Below, piece by piece: positions 6,993 to 15,865 of a DNA stretch of 64,000 nucleotides. Position numbers and translations under genes: made by a program. The stretch covers positions 8,068-72,067 of IMG/VR virus record IMGVR_UViG_3300037755_000349, one strand, 5' to 3'. Positions within the stretch are counted from its first letter, which is position 1, and the number at the start of each line of letters is the position of its first letter. This stretch comes from a virus. Taxonomy: Duplodnaviria; Caudoviricetes. The notes below the pieces were generated by a model that had not been told where the DNA came from, did no database searches, and saw only the letters and a list, made by a program, of their open reading frames with translations.

Positions 6993-9533
6993 ATGCCCAA
7001 GCCATACAGCTCCACGCTCGTCGAACTGTCGCCCGAGGAGCCGCGCCCCTCGATGCAGCCGGACGGCTCGCGCATCACGCGCAACGGTGACGGCACCATC
7101 ACCATCGAAGGCCAGCAGCAGGCCGGTCCGCGTATCCCTGTCGAGGGCGACTTCGACGAGAATTTGGCGCCGTACTTCACCGCCGGCGAACGGCAATTCG
7201 TCGCTGAGCAGCTCATCGAGTACTCGCGCGTGGATATCGAGTCGCGCGCCGACTGGGAGCTGAAGGAGGAGCGCTGCCTGGAGATGCTCGGGATCAAGGA
7301 CATCCCGCCAGAGCGAGATGAGTCGCCAGGCTTCCATAAGGTCACGCATCCCATGCTCGTTGAGGCGTGCGTGCAGTTCCAGGCGCGTGCGATTGCAGAG
7401 TTCTACCCGGCCACCGGCCCGGTGAAGTGCACCCCAATCGGCAAGCGCAGCCGCCGACGCATTGAGCAGGCCGATCGCGTCGAGACTTTCATGAACTACT
7501 ACCTGACCGGGATCGACGCCGGTTACTTTCCGGACACCGACCAGATGTTGCTGTACCTGCCGATGTCAGGCAGCGCATTCCGCAAGTGCTCGCCGGATTG
7601 GCGCACCGGCCTGCCGCAGCTCAGGTACGTGAAGGCCACGAATTTCATCGCGCCGTACTCGGGCTTGTCGCTGGACACAATGCCGCGCTATGCACACCGC
7701 TACACGATGAGCGGCCTGGATATTCAGCGCTCGATCGACCGCGGCATGTTCTACGACGTGAACCTGCAACCCCCTGCGATGGGAGAGGCGCGGCACTCGC
7801 GCACGGAGGACACCGCGGATTTCCGCGAGATGGTGATGCACGAGGACGATCGGCTGTACAACATCCTCGAATATCACATCGAGATGCCGCTCTCCTCCCC
7901 CGAGCTGCCGGAGCACGAGGATGGCGCCACGCTGCCGTACATCATCCTGGTCGAGGAGACGAATCGCGAGATCCTCCTGATGCGGCGCAACTGGAAGCAG
8001 ATGGATGAGCAGCGCCGTAAGCGCATTTGGTTCTCTCACTATCGGTTCTTGCCCGGCCTGGGCTTCTACGGCTTCGGCTTTCCGCACGTCATCGGCTCGC
8101 TCGGCCGCGCCGCCTCGGGCGCCGTGAACGCGCTGCTCGACTCCGCGCTGATGGCGAATCTGCAAGGCGGCTTCAAGACGAAGGAGGCGAAGAACAGCGC
8201 GAAGGAATACCGGCTTACCCCTGGCGTGTGGACCGATGTAGACATGGCCTACGACGAGATCTCGAAGGCGTTCTACACCCCGCCTTTCCGTGAGCCGAGC
8301 CCGGCCCTGTTCCAGCTCCTCGATCGCCTGGTGGCCGCCGGCCAGCGCTTCGCCTCGACCACGGAGGTGATGGTCGGGGATGCCGACAACCGCGGCCCGG
8401 TGGGCACGACGGTGGCGCTGATCGAGGAAAGCTCGCGCGTCTATACCGCGATCCACAAGCGCATGCACAACAGCGCGGGCGAAGAGTTCCGCATGCTCTC
8501 CGAGTACATCGGGGAGTACATGCCCAACGAGTACACCTACGACTTCGACGACCAGACGCGCACGCTGCTGCAAACCGACTTCGATGGCCGCGTCGACGTG
8601 GCGCCAGTGTCGGATCCGAACATCTTCAGCTCGACACAGCGTATCGCGCTCGCGCAGGCCGTAATCGAGTTGCAGATGCAACGCCCCGAACTGTATCCAC
8701 CACAGAAAGTGATCGCCGCGCACCGGCGCCTGCTGGAAGCGCTGCGCGTGCCAGATCTCGATGAGGTGGCGCCCGAGATGGACATGCCGAAGTTCATCGA
8801 CGCGGTGAGCGAGAACGGTTTGATGCTGGTCGGCAAGGGCACGCGTGCATTCGAGTATCAGGATCACCAGTCGCACATGCTGATCCACCAGAACGGTTTG
8901 CAATGGGCGATGGCCGCGAACCAGGAACCCGAGCAGCAGCAGCAGATCGCCGCGGCGTTCATGGCCCACATCCGCGAGCACCAGGCGCTGCACTATCGCT
9001 CGATGATCCAGCAGCAGCTCGGCATGCCGTTGCCGCCGCTGGATGAGGCCGGCATGCCGCAGGAAGTCGATCCGGAGTTCGAGGCCCGGTTGAGCCAGGC
9101 CGTCGTGCAGGCGCTGCCGCCCCCGCCCCTGCCTCCGGGCCAGGAACAGCAGGCCGCGGAAGGCCAGGCCGTGCTCGACAAGACGCAGGCCGCGATCAAG
9201 GCGAAGGAGATGGATGCCACCGCCAAGGTCGAGCGCGACACGATGGCGTTCGTCGGGGAGGAGAAGCGCAAGGAGGTGGCGTTCCAGAACGACCAGCGCC
9301 GGCAAAATGTGAATCTTGCGTTCGATCTGTCGCGCCAGTCCAAAGGCGCGAACCTCCAGGATCGCATCAAGGATCGCCAGGCATCCGCAGACCTGATCCG
9401 CACCGGCGTGAAGGGTAAACTGGCGCAGCGGCAGACCGAAGCGCAGGGTAAGCTGAAGATGAACCTGGCCGCCGAGCAAGCCAAGGCGAAGGCCAAGACG
9501 GTGAAAAAGAAAGCCAATGGAGCGTCACGTTGA
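6993..9533 (+). CDS. portal protein (P22-like podovirus type, long Q/A-rich C-terminal barrel)
   Basis: 846 aa; HPMLVEACVQFQARA, LPGLGFYGFG, PVGTTVALIE, PVSDPNIFS motifs; first gene of the head module. Confidence 0.85.
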   Translation: MPKPYSSTLVELSPEEPRPSMQPDGSRITRNGDGTITIEGQQQAGPRIPVEGDFDENLAPYFTAGERQFVAEQLIEYSRVDIESRADWELKEERCLEMLGIKDIPPERDESPGFHKVTHPMLVEACVQFQARAIAEFYPATGPVKCTPIGKRSRRRIEQADRVETFMNYYLTGIDAGYFPDTDQMLLYLPMSGSAFRKCSPDWRTGLPQLRYVKATNFIAPYSGLSLDTMPRYAHRYTMSGLDIQRSIDRGMFYDVNLQPPAMGEARHSRTEDTADFREMVMHEDDRLYNILEYHIEMPLSSPELPEHEDGATLPYIILVEETNREILLMRRNWKQMDEQRRKRIWFSHYRFLPGLGFYGFGFPHVIGSLGRAASGAVNALLDSALMANLQGGFKTKEAKNSAKEYRLTPGVWTDVDMAYDEISKAFYTPPFREPSPALFQLLDRLVAAGQRFASTTEVMVGDADNRGPVGTTVALIEESSRVYTAIHKRMHNSAGEEFRMLSEYIGEYMPNEYTYDFDDQTRTLLQTDFDGRVDVAPVSDPNIFSSTQRIALAQAVIELQMQRPELYPPQKVIAAHRRLLEALRVPDLDEVAPEMDMPKFIDAVSENGLMLVGKGTRAFEYQDHQSHMLIHQNGLQWAMAANQEPEQQQQIAAAFMAHIREHQALHYRSMIQQQLGMPLPPLDEAGMPQEVDPEFEARLSQAVVQALPPPPLPPGQEQQAAEGQAVLDKTQAAIKAKEMDATAKVERDTMAFVGEEKRKEVAFQNDQRRQNVNLAFDLSRQSKGANLQDRIKDRQASADLIRTGVKGKLAQRQTEAQGKLKMNLAAEQAKAKAKTVKKKANGASR

Positions 9534-9766
9534 TGGCGAAGCCGTCGCCCGCTGAGACGCGCGCAGCGAAGGGATTCCTGCGCACACATGCAAAGGCGAG
9601 GTCGGGCGAGATCCCGCCGCGCAAGTTCGCTGCCGCGAGCAAGGAGCTTGGCGTCGGCTTCCGAGATCTGCTGCGCTTCATCGCGCGACTGTACTCGGGC
9701 GGGCAGGGTGAGGGCGCGTTCCGGATGGATCGCGTTCGCGAGTTACAGGGCAAACAGTCGAAATGA
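9530..9766 (+). CDS. small basic hypothetical protein
   Basis: Coupled to the portal stop. Confidence 0.55.
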   Translation: MMAKPSPAETRAAKGFLRTHAKARSGEIPPRKFAAASKELGVGFRDLLRFIARLYSGGQGEGAFRMDRVRELQGKQSK

Positions 9767-9778
9767 AGCGAGGCAATC

Positions 9779-10054
9779 ATGTACAAGCGAAGCGAGGGAT
9801 TCGATCCGGACCGGCCGCCGGCGGAGGCAAAGCAGCACCCCAAGCAGCGGGAGCCGCACGTAAACGCGGAGAACACGATCGGGGCGGGCAGCGAGCGCAG
9901 TCCGTATCCGCAGAACACGATCGGCAGCGGCGGGGAGAAGCCGGGCCACGGGGAGCGGACGATCGGCCACGGGGAGCGGACCCCGAGCCGGCCGGACAAC
10001 GACCCGCTGCCGGGCGGCGATTGCTCCAAGCACAGCGGCACGATCGCGGACTGA
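9779..10054 (+). CDS. low-complexity hypothetical protein (NTIG / GHGERT repeats)
   Basis: GAGG RBS; internal direct repeats such as ggccacggggagcggac twice. Confidence 0.45.
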   Translation: MYKRSEGFDPDRPPAEAKQHPKQREPHVNAENTIGAGSERSPYPQNTIGSGGEKPGHGERTIGHGERTPSRPDNDPLPGGDCSKHSGTIAD

Positions 10055-10263
10055 CGGACAACTCGGCGCCCTTCGCGAACCGCGTGCTGAAGTGGGCGGG
10101 TGAAGAGCGCCTCGTCCTCATCGAGCACCTGGCGAAGGGTCTGGCCGAGCGCGAGTACTTGCTGACCTGCGGGCGCATCAAGCAGCTCGATGAGACCATC
10201 GCTCACCTGGAGGAGCTGTACCGCAAATACATCCAAGACGACGAGGAAGATGACGATGAGTAG
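10051..10263 (+). CDS. conserved small head-module protein
   Basis: 3' part of ORF 9763..10263 (..EYLLTCGRIKQL..); start codon uncertain. Confidence 0.45.
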   Translation: MTDNSAPFANRVLKWAGEERLVLIEHLAKGLAEREYLLTCGRIKQLDETIAHLEELYRKYIQDDEEDDDE

Positions 10264-10810
10264 ACGAAACAAGGGCCGCGTATTTTCTTTGCCGCCCGTG
10301 ATCTCGCGACCTGGCCCCTCGATGGGAGACGCGCACCGCGATCTGCACGATGCCGATCGCCACGTCGATCGCCGGCATGACACGGATGAAAACATCGAGC
10401 GATTGATCCGCGAGGCCGACAAGCAGGCCGCGCTTGAGCCGGTCGATGTGACGAACCTGCCGATGCAGCCGATGTTCTGGCACGTACTGGTCGAGCCGAT
10501 GCGCGCCTCTGCGAAGATCGGCAGCGGCGTGCTGTACCAGGCCGATGAGAGCAAGCGAGTCGAGGAGATCCAGACGACAATCGGGCGCCTGGTGGCGATC
10601 GGACCTTGCGCGTTTACCGGCAAAACGAATGCCGGAAACTTCCTCGGCGAAGGGATCGAGCGCGAGAAGTTGATCAACAGATGGGTGATGTACGCCAAGC
10701 ACACCGGCCAAGAGATCAAGCTGCGCACCGGCCACCGATTGCTGCTGCTCAACGACTCCGAGCTGCTCGCATTCGTGGAAAATCCCGAGGATTTCCGGCA
10801 CTGGCTTTGA
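10256..10810 (+). CDS. GroES-like co-chaperonin
   Basis: PMFWHVLVEP..SGVLY..GRLVAIGP.A..WVMYAKHTG.EI..LLNDSELLAFV fits the Cpn10 pattern; lies between portal and scaffold. Confidence 0.75.
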   Translation: MSRRNKGRVFSLPPVISRPGPSMGDAHRDLHDADRHVDRRHDTDENIERLIREADKQAALEPVDVTNLPMQPMFWHVLVEPMRASAKIGSGVLYQADESKRVEEIQTTIGRLVAIGPCAFTGKTNAGNFLGEGIEREKLINRWVMYAKHTGQEIKLRTGHRLLLLNDSELLAFVENPEDFRHWL

Positions 10811-10990
10811 TCGAGTTGGGCGTAGGTACGGCCAAAGAAAGCCGTACTTACGTCGTTCTTATGGGGTTCTTATTGGATAAAAATCCCATAGTTACCCTCA
10901 CTGATATCAGCCGCGGAGATTAGAAAAGCCTCCCCTCGTTGCGGAAGATCCTCGCCGCACGTCGTGCAACACACGACAACGAGGAGCAAC

Positions 10991-12133
10991 ATGGCTCGCA
11001 CACAAACCACTGGCGGCAAGGCAAAGGGGGGCAAGCAATGGAAGCCGGCCCCGACCGACCAGGAGAAACCTTTCGCTGAGATCGATCTCGGAGCGTCGAA
11101 GGACGGCATTCAGCGCATGGCTGACGAGCCCGACGAGGATGCCGACGATGATCTGCCTGGTTCCGAAGGCGATGACGGTGAGCAGCCACGTGAGCGGCGC
11201 TTCATAGATCGTAGCAAGTCCGTGAGCAAGCGCCTCGGGCGCATGGAACGCAGCTTCAACCAGCGATTTGCGGATCAGGAAGCTCGATGGCAGCGCCAAG
11301 TCGCCGATCTCAAGCGCGAGAACAGTTCGCTACGCGTCAATCGCGGGGTAAGCGAAGCCGACCAGGCCGCGCATGACAGCAAGATCGCGGCCTGGCAATC
11401 CGAACTCGAAACCGCCTACGAGAAGGGCGACACCAAGAAACAAGCCGAGCTGACCACGAAGATTGCTCAGGCACAGGGTGAGTTCGAGTCGAAGAAGCGC
11501 GCTGCCATGCTCGGCCAGCAGCAGCACCAGGACCGTGACGATCGACGCGATGCCGTCGACCAGCGCGGTGATCCCGACAACCGCGGCAACGGACCGACGC
11601 GCGAGGCGCGCAAGTGGATGCGTGCGAATGATGACTGGTGGAACGATCCGGAGTTCGAGATCGAGAAGCAGGCCGCCATCGTCATCGACAACCAACTCAT
11701 CGACGAAGGCTCCGATCCCAACGATCCGGAGCACTACGAAGAGCTGCGCGAGCGCCTGCTCGACAAGTTCCCGGACATGGAATCGGAGATTGCGATGCCT
11801 AGCGCACGCCGTGGCCGCCGCGATGCGCGCCGCGATGACGATGAAGACGATGACCTCGACGATGACCGTGGCGATCGCCGCGATCGTCGCGACACGCGTG
11901 GCGCCCGCAACGGCAGCACGCGCCGCCCGCCCATCCCGGCCTTCGCCGATCGAGGCGCAGATCGAGGTAATCAACCGCGGCGCTCCAACGGTCGCACTGT
12001 CACCCTCTCGCGCGCGCAGCGCGAGAACATGATCACTTTCGGACTCGATCCGCAGAATGACGATCATGTGAAGGAGTACGCGAAGTCCGCCGAAGAAACG
12101 ACGCGCGCCTACGCGCGTGAGGGTCGTCACTGA
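10991..12133 (+). CDS. capsid scaffolding protein
   Basis: GAGGAG RBS; highly charged coiled-coil protein upstream of the capsid genes. Confidence 0.7.
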   Translation: MARTQTTGGKAKGGKQWKPAPTDQEKPFAEIDLGASKDGIQRMADEPDEDADDDLPGSEGDDGEQPRERRFIDRSKSVSKRLGRMERSFNQRFADQEARWQRQVADLKRENSSLRVNRGVSEADQAAHDSKIAAWQSELETAYEKGDTKKQAELTTKIAQAQGEFESKKRAAMLGQQQHQDRDDRRDAVDQRGDPDNRGNGPTREARKWMRANDDWWNDPEFEIEKQAAIVIDNQLIDEGSDPNDPEHYEELRERLLDKFPDMESEIAMPSARRGRRDARRDDDEDDDLDDDRGDRRDRRDTRGARNGSTRRPPIPAFADRGADRGNQPRRSNGRTVTLSRAQRENMITFGLDPQNDDHVKEYAKSAEETTRAYAREGRH

Positions 12134-12762
12134 TGAAAGCCGGATCAGTCATCTCGCGCGCAAAGCGCGCCGCGGACGTAGCTCCGACGATTGCTCGCCA
12201 GCAGCGCGAGCGCCGTGGTCAACGCTCGGATGGAGACATCCATGCCGTAGACAATTCAACGAATCTTTCGCGCGTTGCGCAGGCGGACGAAGCACGTGAG
12301 GTGCCGCGTCCGGCTGAGAAACGCAGATGGAAGCCCGCCAGTCACCTGCCCGCAATCAAGAACCCACCAGGCTATTCGCTGAAGTGGGTTCGGCGCGATG
12401 GCCGTGATCGTGGCGATTGCCGTGGCTTGGCCAAGTACTTACAGGAAGGCTGGGAGTTTGCGAGGAAGGAAGACTTCCCCAAGCGTTCTCTCCCGACTCA
12501 GCCCCTGACCAGTTACGGCGAGACGATCGGGAATGGCGACATGGTCCTCATGAAATTGGCTGAGGACATGCTCGCGCAGCGCAACGAGCACTACCAGGGA
12601 AAGCGCGACACGGCGACCTACGCCGTCGAGAAGGGCAACTTGGGCGAGACCAGCAATCTGATGCCGGCTCAACGTCCTCGCCGTTCCTCTCGCACGGAGT
12701 TTGTCCGCTTCCGCAAGCGCCGCCCGGATGCAATTGAAGTTGCGTCGGACGAAGACGATTAA
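12133..12762 (+). CDS. conserved head-module protein
   Basis: PPGYSLKWVR...GWEF...GDMVLMKL...RNEHY; found in similar phage head modules. Confidence 0.6.
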   Translation: MKAGSVISRAKRAADVAPTIARQQRERRGQRSDGDIHAVDNSTNLSRVAQADEAREVPRPAEKRRWKPASHLPAIKNPPGYSLKWVRRDGRDRGDCRGLAKYLQEGWEFARKEDFPKRSLPTQPLTSYGETIGNGDMVLMKLAEDMLAQRNEHYQGKRDTATYAVEKGNLGETSNLMPAQRPRRSSRTEFVRFRKRRPDAIEVASDEDD

Positions 12763-12785
12763 CCCCTAAACCGGAGAATTTGCAC

Positions 12786-13355
12786 ATGGCAAATCGAGAC
12801 AATCCTTCCGGTCTCAAGGTTGCGCGCCACGCCCGCGGTGGACTCACGCGCCCGAATCGTTACTTCATCGCGTCGGCGCTCGCCTCGAATATCTTTCGCG
12901 GCGACCCCGTCATTCCTGTGAACACGAACAAGCGCATCAACGTCGCGGCGGCGGGTAACCGTCTCATCGGCGTGTTTCAAGGCGTGGCTTTCGAAAACGC
13001 GCAGGGTGAAGTGAAGTTCGAGAAGTACTGGCCGACAGGTCAGACCTTGAAGACCAATTCCGTGGCCGAGGCCCTCGTATGGGACGACCCGGAGACTCTG
13101 TTCGAGATCCAGCATTCCGGCAGCATGCTGCAAGCGGATGTTGGTGCGTTCTTTGACGTGACGATGGCGACCGCGGGTAATACCGCGACCGGCATTTCCG
13201 GCGCGGAGCTGGACACCACCACGCTCAGCACGAGCGATGGCCAACTTCGTTTCGAGCAGATCGCCGATCGGCCCGACAACGAGGTGGGCGCCAACGGCAA
13301 GGCTCTCGTTGTGATCAACGAGCATTACTTGCGCGGCGCCTTGACAGCCATCTGA
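12786..13355 (+). CDS. capsid decoration/cement-like protein
   Basis: GGAG RBS; MANRDNP.GL...IFRGDPV...DDP...FEIQ; directly before the MCP. Confidence 0.65.
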   Translation: MANRDNPSGLKVARHARGGLTRPNRYFIASALASNIFRGDPVIPVNTNKRINVAAAGNRLIGVFQGVAFENAQGEVKFEKYWPTGQTLKTNSVAEALVWDDPETLFEIQHSGSMLQADVGAFFDVTMATAGNTATGISGAELDTTTLSTSDGQLRFEQIADRPDNEVGANGKALVVINEHYLRGALTAI

Positions 13356-13387
13356 CCACCTGAATCTGAACCTGGAGTATCACCACC

Positions 13388-14293
13388 ATGATGACGCGTA
13401 GTGATTTCCGGAAGCAGCTTCAGGAGGGCCTGAATGCTGTTTTCGGTGTTGAGTACAAGCGCCACCCAGAGGAGTGGCGTGCGATCTTCGACGTGGAGAA
13501 TTCGTCGAAGGCGTTCGAAGAAGACGTGATGGAAGTGGGCCTGGGTGCCGCTCCCGTCAAGGCCGAGGGTGCCGCGATCGAGTACGACGAAGGGTACGAG
13601 ACCTACGTCGCGCGCTACCGGCACGACACGATCGCGCTGGCCTTTGCGATCACCGAGGAAGCTGAAGAGGACAACCTCTACGGCAGCGTCGGCAACCGCA
13701 TGAGCCGTGCGCTGGCTCGTTCCCTGCAACACACCAAGGAAGTGAAGGGCGCGAACATTCTGAACTTCGGATTCGACACCAATTTCCCCGGTGGCGACGG
13801 AGTTCCGTTGTTCTCGGCCTCGCATCCGCTTGGTGGCGGGGGCGTGCTGTCCAACACGTTGGCGACGCCTGCCGATCTGGCCGAAAGCTCGATGGAAGAG
13901 CTGATGAACCAGATCAGCGAGTGGACGGACGATCGCGGCCTGCCGATGAAGGCCATGATCACGAAGCTCATCATCCCGGTGGAGTTGCAATTCATTGCCG
14001 CTCGCCTGTTGATGAGCCCGTACCAGCCGGACACGGGCGACAACAACATCAACGCGATCCAGAAACTCGGTGCGATCAGGGACGGCTATGCCGTCAATCA
14101 CTACCTGACCGATCCCGACGCCTGGTTCTTCAAGACCGACACTCAGGACGGCTTGAAGCACTTCGTGCGGCGCGCTGTGAAGCGCGGCCTGGAGGGCGAC
14201 TTCGAGACGGGCAACATGCGCTACAAGGCCAGCGAGCGGTATTCGCAGGGCTGGTCGAACTGGCGCGGTGCTGCCGGATCTGCGGGGGCCTGA
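13388..14293 (+). CDS. major capsid protein
   Basis: GGAG RBS; QLQEGLNAVFG..Y, Y.H.TIALAFAITEEA.EDNLY, NHYLTDPDAWF, GDFETGNMRYKASERYS.GW. Confidence 0.9.
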   Translation: MMTRSDFRKQLQEGLNAVFGVEYKRHPEEWRAIFDVENSSKAFEEDVMEVGLGAAPVKAEGAAIEYDEGYETYVARYRHDTIALAFAITEEAEEDNLYGSVGNRMSRALARSLQHTKEVKGANILNFGFDTNFPGGDGVPLFSASHPLGGGGVLSNTLATPADLAESSMEELMNQISEWTDDRGLPMKAMITKLIIPVELQFIAARLLMSPYQPDTGDNNINAIQKLGAIRDGYAVNHYLTDPDAWFFKTDTQDGLKHFVRRAVKRGLEGDFETGNMRYKASERYSQGWSNWRGAAGSAGA

Positions 14294-14408
14294 TCGCGTA
14301 GTCCTCACACCATCAAAGCGATGAGCTGATAGGGCGGCAGGTGACGGGCCTGCCGCCCTTGAAGCATCGGATGCCCGCAAGGGCTGCTATCAACGGAGAG
14401 CTTCCACC

Positions 14409-15092
14409 ATGTCGCGTCAACTTCTGTCTCGGGCTACTGATCTTTTCCTCGGCGCCGTCGCCTACGCTCGCGCGTTCTCGGGCAAGTACGGTGCTCCTTT
14501 CTCACCCCTCGTCGTCCACAACTTCGGCGCTCCGATCATCGGGGATGCCGATGGCATCAGTGTGTCGGCGACGATCACCGCACCGGCCTCGGCCGTCATC
14601 GGTGGCGCGCTCGCCTCCGGTGGTGTCGCGACGTTCGACGTGCCGCGCAATGTCGTGGGCGCCTGGACGAACACGGCCACGGTCACGATCGTGGGCACCG
14701 ATGTGTACGGCTCGCTGATGACCGAGGTCTCGGCCAGCGGGACCTCGCACACCGGAACCAAGGCGTTCAAGACGGTCACGTCTGTCACGCCGAGCGTCAC
14801 GGTCACGGGCGCAACATTCGGTACGGGTGACGTACTCGGACTGCCCTACCGCGTGGACAAGAACAAACTCATTGCAGCCCGCGCAGGGAACGCGATCGAC
14901 GCTGGTGTATTCGTGCCGGCGGTGACGACCGATCCGGCAACCGGGACCACTGGCGATGTGCGCGGCACGTTCAATCCGGCGGTGACGTTGGACGGCGTCG
15001 AGACAATCTCGGTGGTTTTCGAGATCGCGGATCGCTCTTCCAAAGTCGGGACCTACGGCGTCAAGCAATTCGGTAGCGCCGATAGCGTCTAA
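14409..15092 (+). CDS. virion structural protein (head decoration-like)
   Basis: GGAG RBS; T/V/G/A-rich beta protein; shares TITIVGTDVYG-like motif with 15193. Confidence 0.6.
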   Translation: MSRQLLSRATDLFLGAVAYARAFSGKYGAPFSPLVVHNFGAPIIGDADGISVSATITAPASAVIGGALASGGVATFDVPRNVVGAWTNTATVTIVGTDVYGSLMTEVSASGTSHTGTKAFKTVTSVTPSVTVTGATFGTGDVLGLPYRVDKNKLIAARAGNAIDAGVFVPAVTTDPATGTTGDVRGTFNPAVTLDGVETISVVFEIADRSSKVGTYGVKQFGSADSV

Positions 15093-15098
15093 CCAGTT

Positions 15099-15173
15099 TG
15101 CGGGGTGGCGCAGCGGCAGCGCGCCGGGCTCATAACCCGGAGGTCGCAGGTTCAAATCCTGTCCCCGCAACCA
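15099..15173 (+). tRNA. tRNA-Met(CAT), initiator-like
   Basis: Full cloverleaf: TGCGGGG/CCCCGCA acceptor, GCGC D-stem, CCGGG-CTCATAA-CCCGG anticodon arm, GCAGG-TTCAAAT-CCTGT T-arm, encoded CCA. Confidence 0.92.
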
Positions 15174-15192
15174 TCAGGAGGAGGAGAGAGTC

Positions 15193-15855
15193 ATGCGAGT
15201 ACTCGAACGAATCGCGACGGTGATCACTGCCGATCCGGACGGCATCGCCGCGTCGCAAACGCCCGCGGGAGCCGGGGACCTGGTGCTCGATGGCGCGACC
15301 GTGAAGGCCGACGACGGCACGGCCACCTACGACATCGGCGCCGCGGTGCTCAATCCGCCGCGTCGAGTGACCATCACCTCCGCTGCCGACATCTCCAACC
15401 GCACGCTCACGATCTACGGACGCGATCGCGTGGGCACCGAGATCTCCGAGACCCTCACCGGGCCGAACGCAACGACTGTCACCAGCGTACTGGTCTACAA
15501 GACGGTGAGCCGCATCTCGATCTCAGGGGCCGCGGCCGGCGCGCTCACGGTGGGCTTCGGCGCCGAGTTCATCACGCCGTGGATCGTGCTTGCGAACATG
15601 CGGGGTGATTATCACTGGCTCTCGCGGGTGTTCTTCGCTGCCGGTGGCACGGTGAACTACGACATCGAGGTGACGAGCGACAAGTACCTGCTGCAACGCT
15701 CGGGGGATTACTCCGATGACACCCACGCAGTGCTTGCCGCGCAGACGGCAAACACCGAGAGCAGCAACGATGCCAACTACGCAGCGGTGCGGCTCAAGGT
15801 GAATGCGACCGATGTGCCCGTGACGATGCGCGTCATTCCCTCTCGAACGGCATAA
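15193..15855 (+). CDS. virion structural protein
   Basis: GGAGGAG RBS; beta-rich, TLTIYGRDRVG motif. Confidence 0.65.
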   Translation: MRVLERIATVITADPDGIAASQTPAGAGDLVLDGATVKADDGTATYDIGAAVLNPPRRVTITSAADISNRTLTIYGRDRVGTEISETLTGPNATTVTSVLVYKTVSRISISGAAAGALTVGFGAEFITPWIVLANMRGDYHWLSRVFFAAGGTVNYDIEVTSDKYLLQRSGDYSDDTHAVLAAQTANTESSNDANYAAVRLKVNATDVPVTMRVIPSRTA

Positions 15856-15865
15856 GGTGGGTTCC

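Noticed and set aside
7566-9479. Long antisense ORFs (637 aa here, and others opposite the nozzle, giant and TROVE genes)
   Set aside because: Shadow ORFs expected from GC-rich codon bias opposite well-supported genes; no recognisable motifs.
9860-9985. Short direct repeats (gaacacgatcgg; ggccacggggagcggac)
   Set aside because: In-frame peptide repeats of a small low-complexity ORF; no evidence of an att site or regulatory role.
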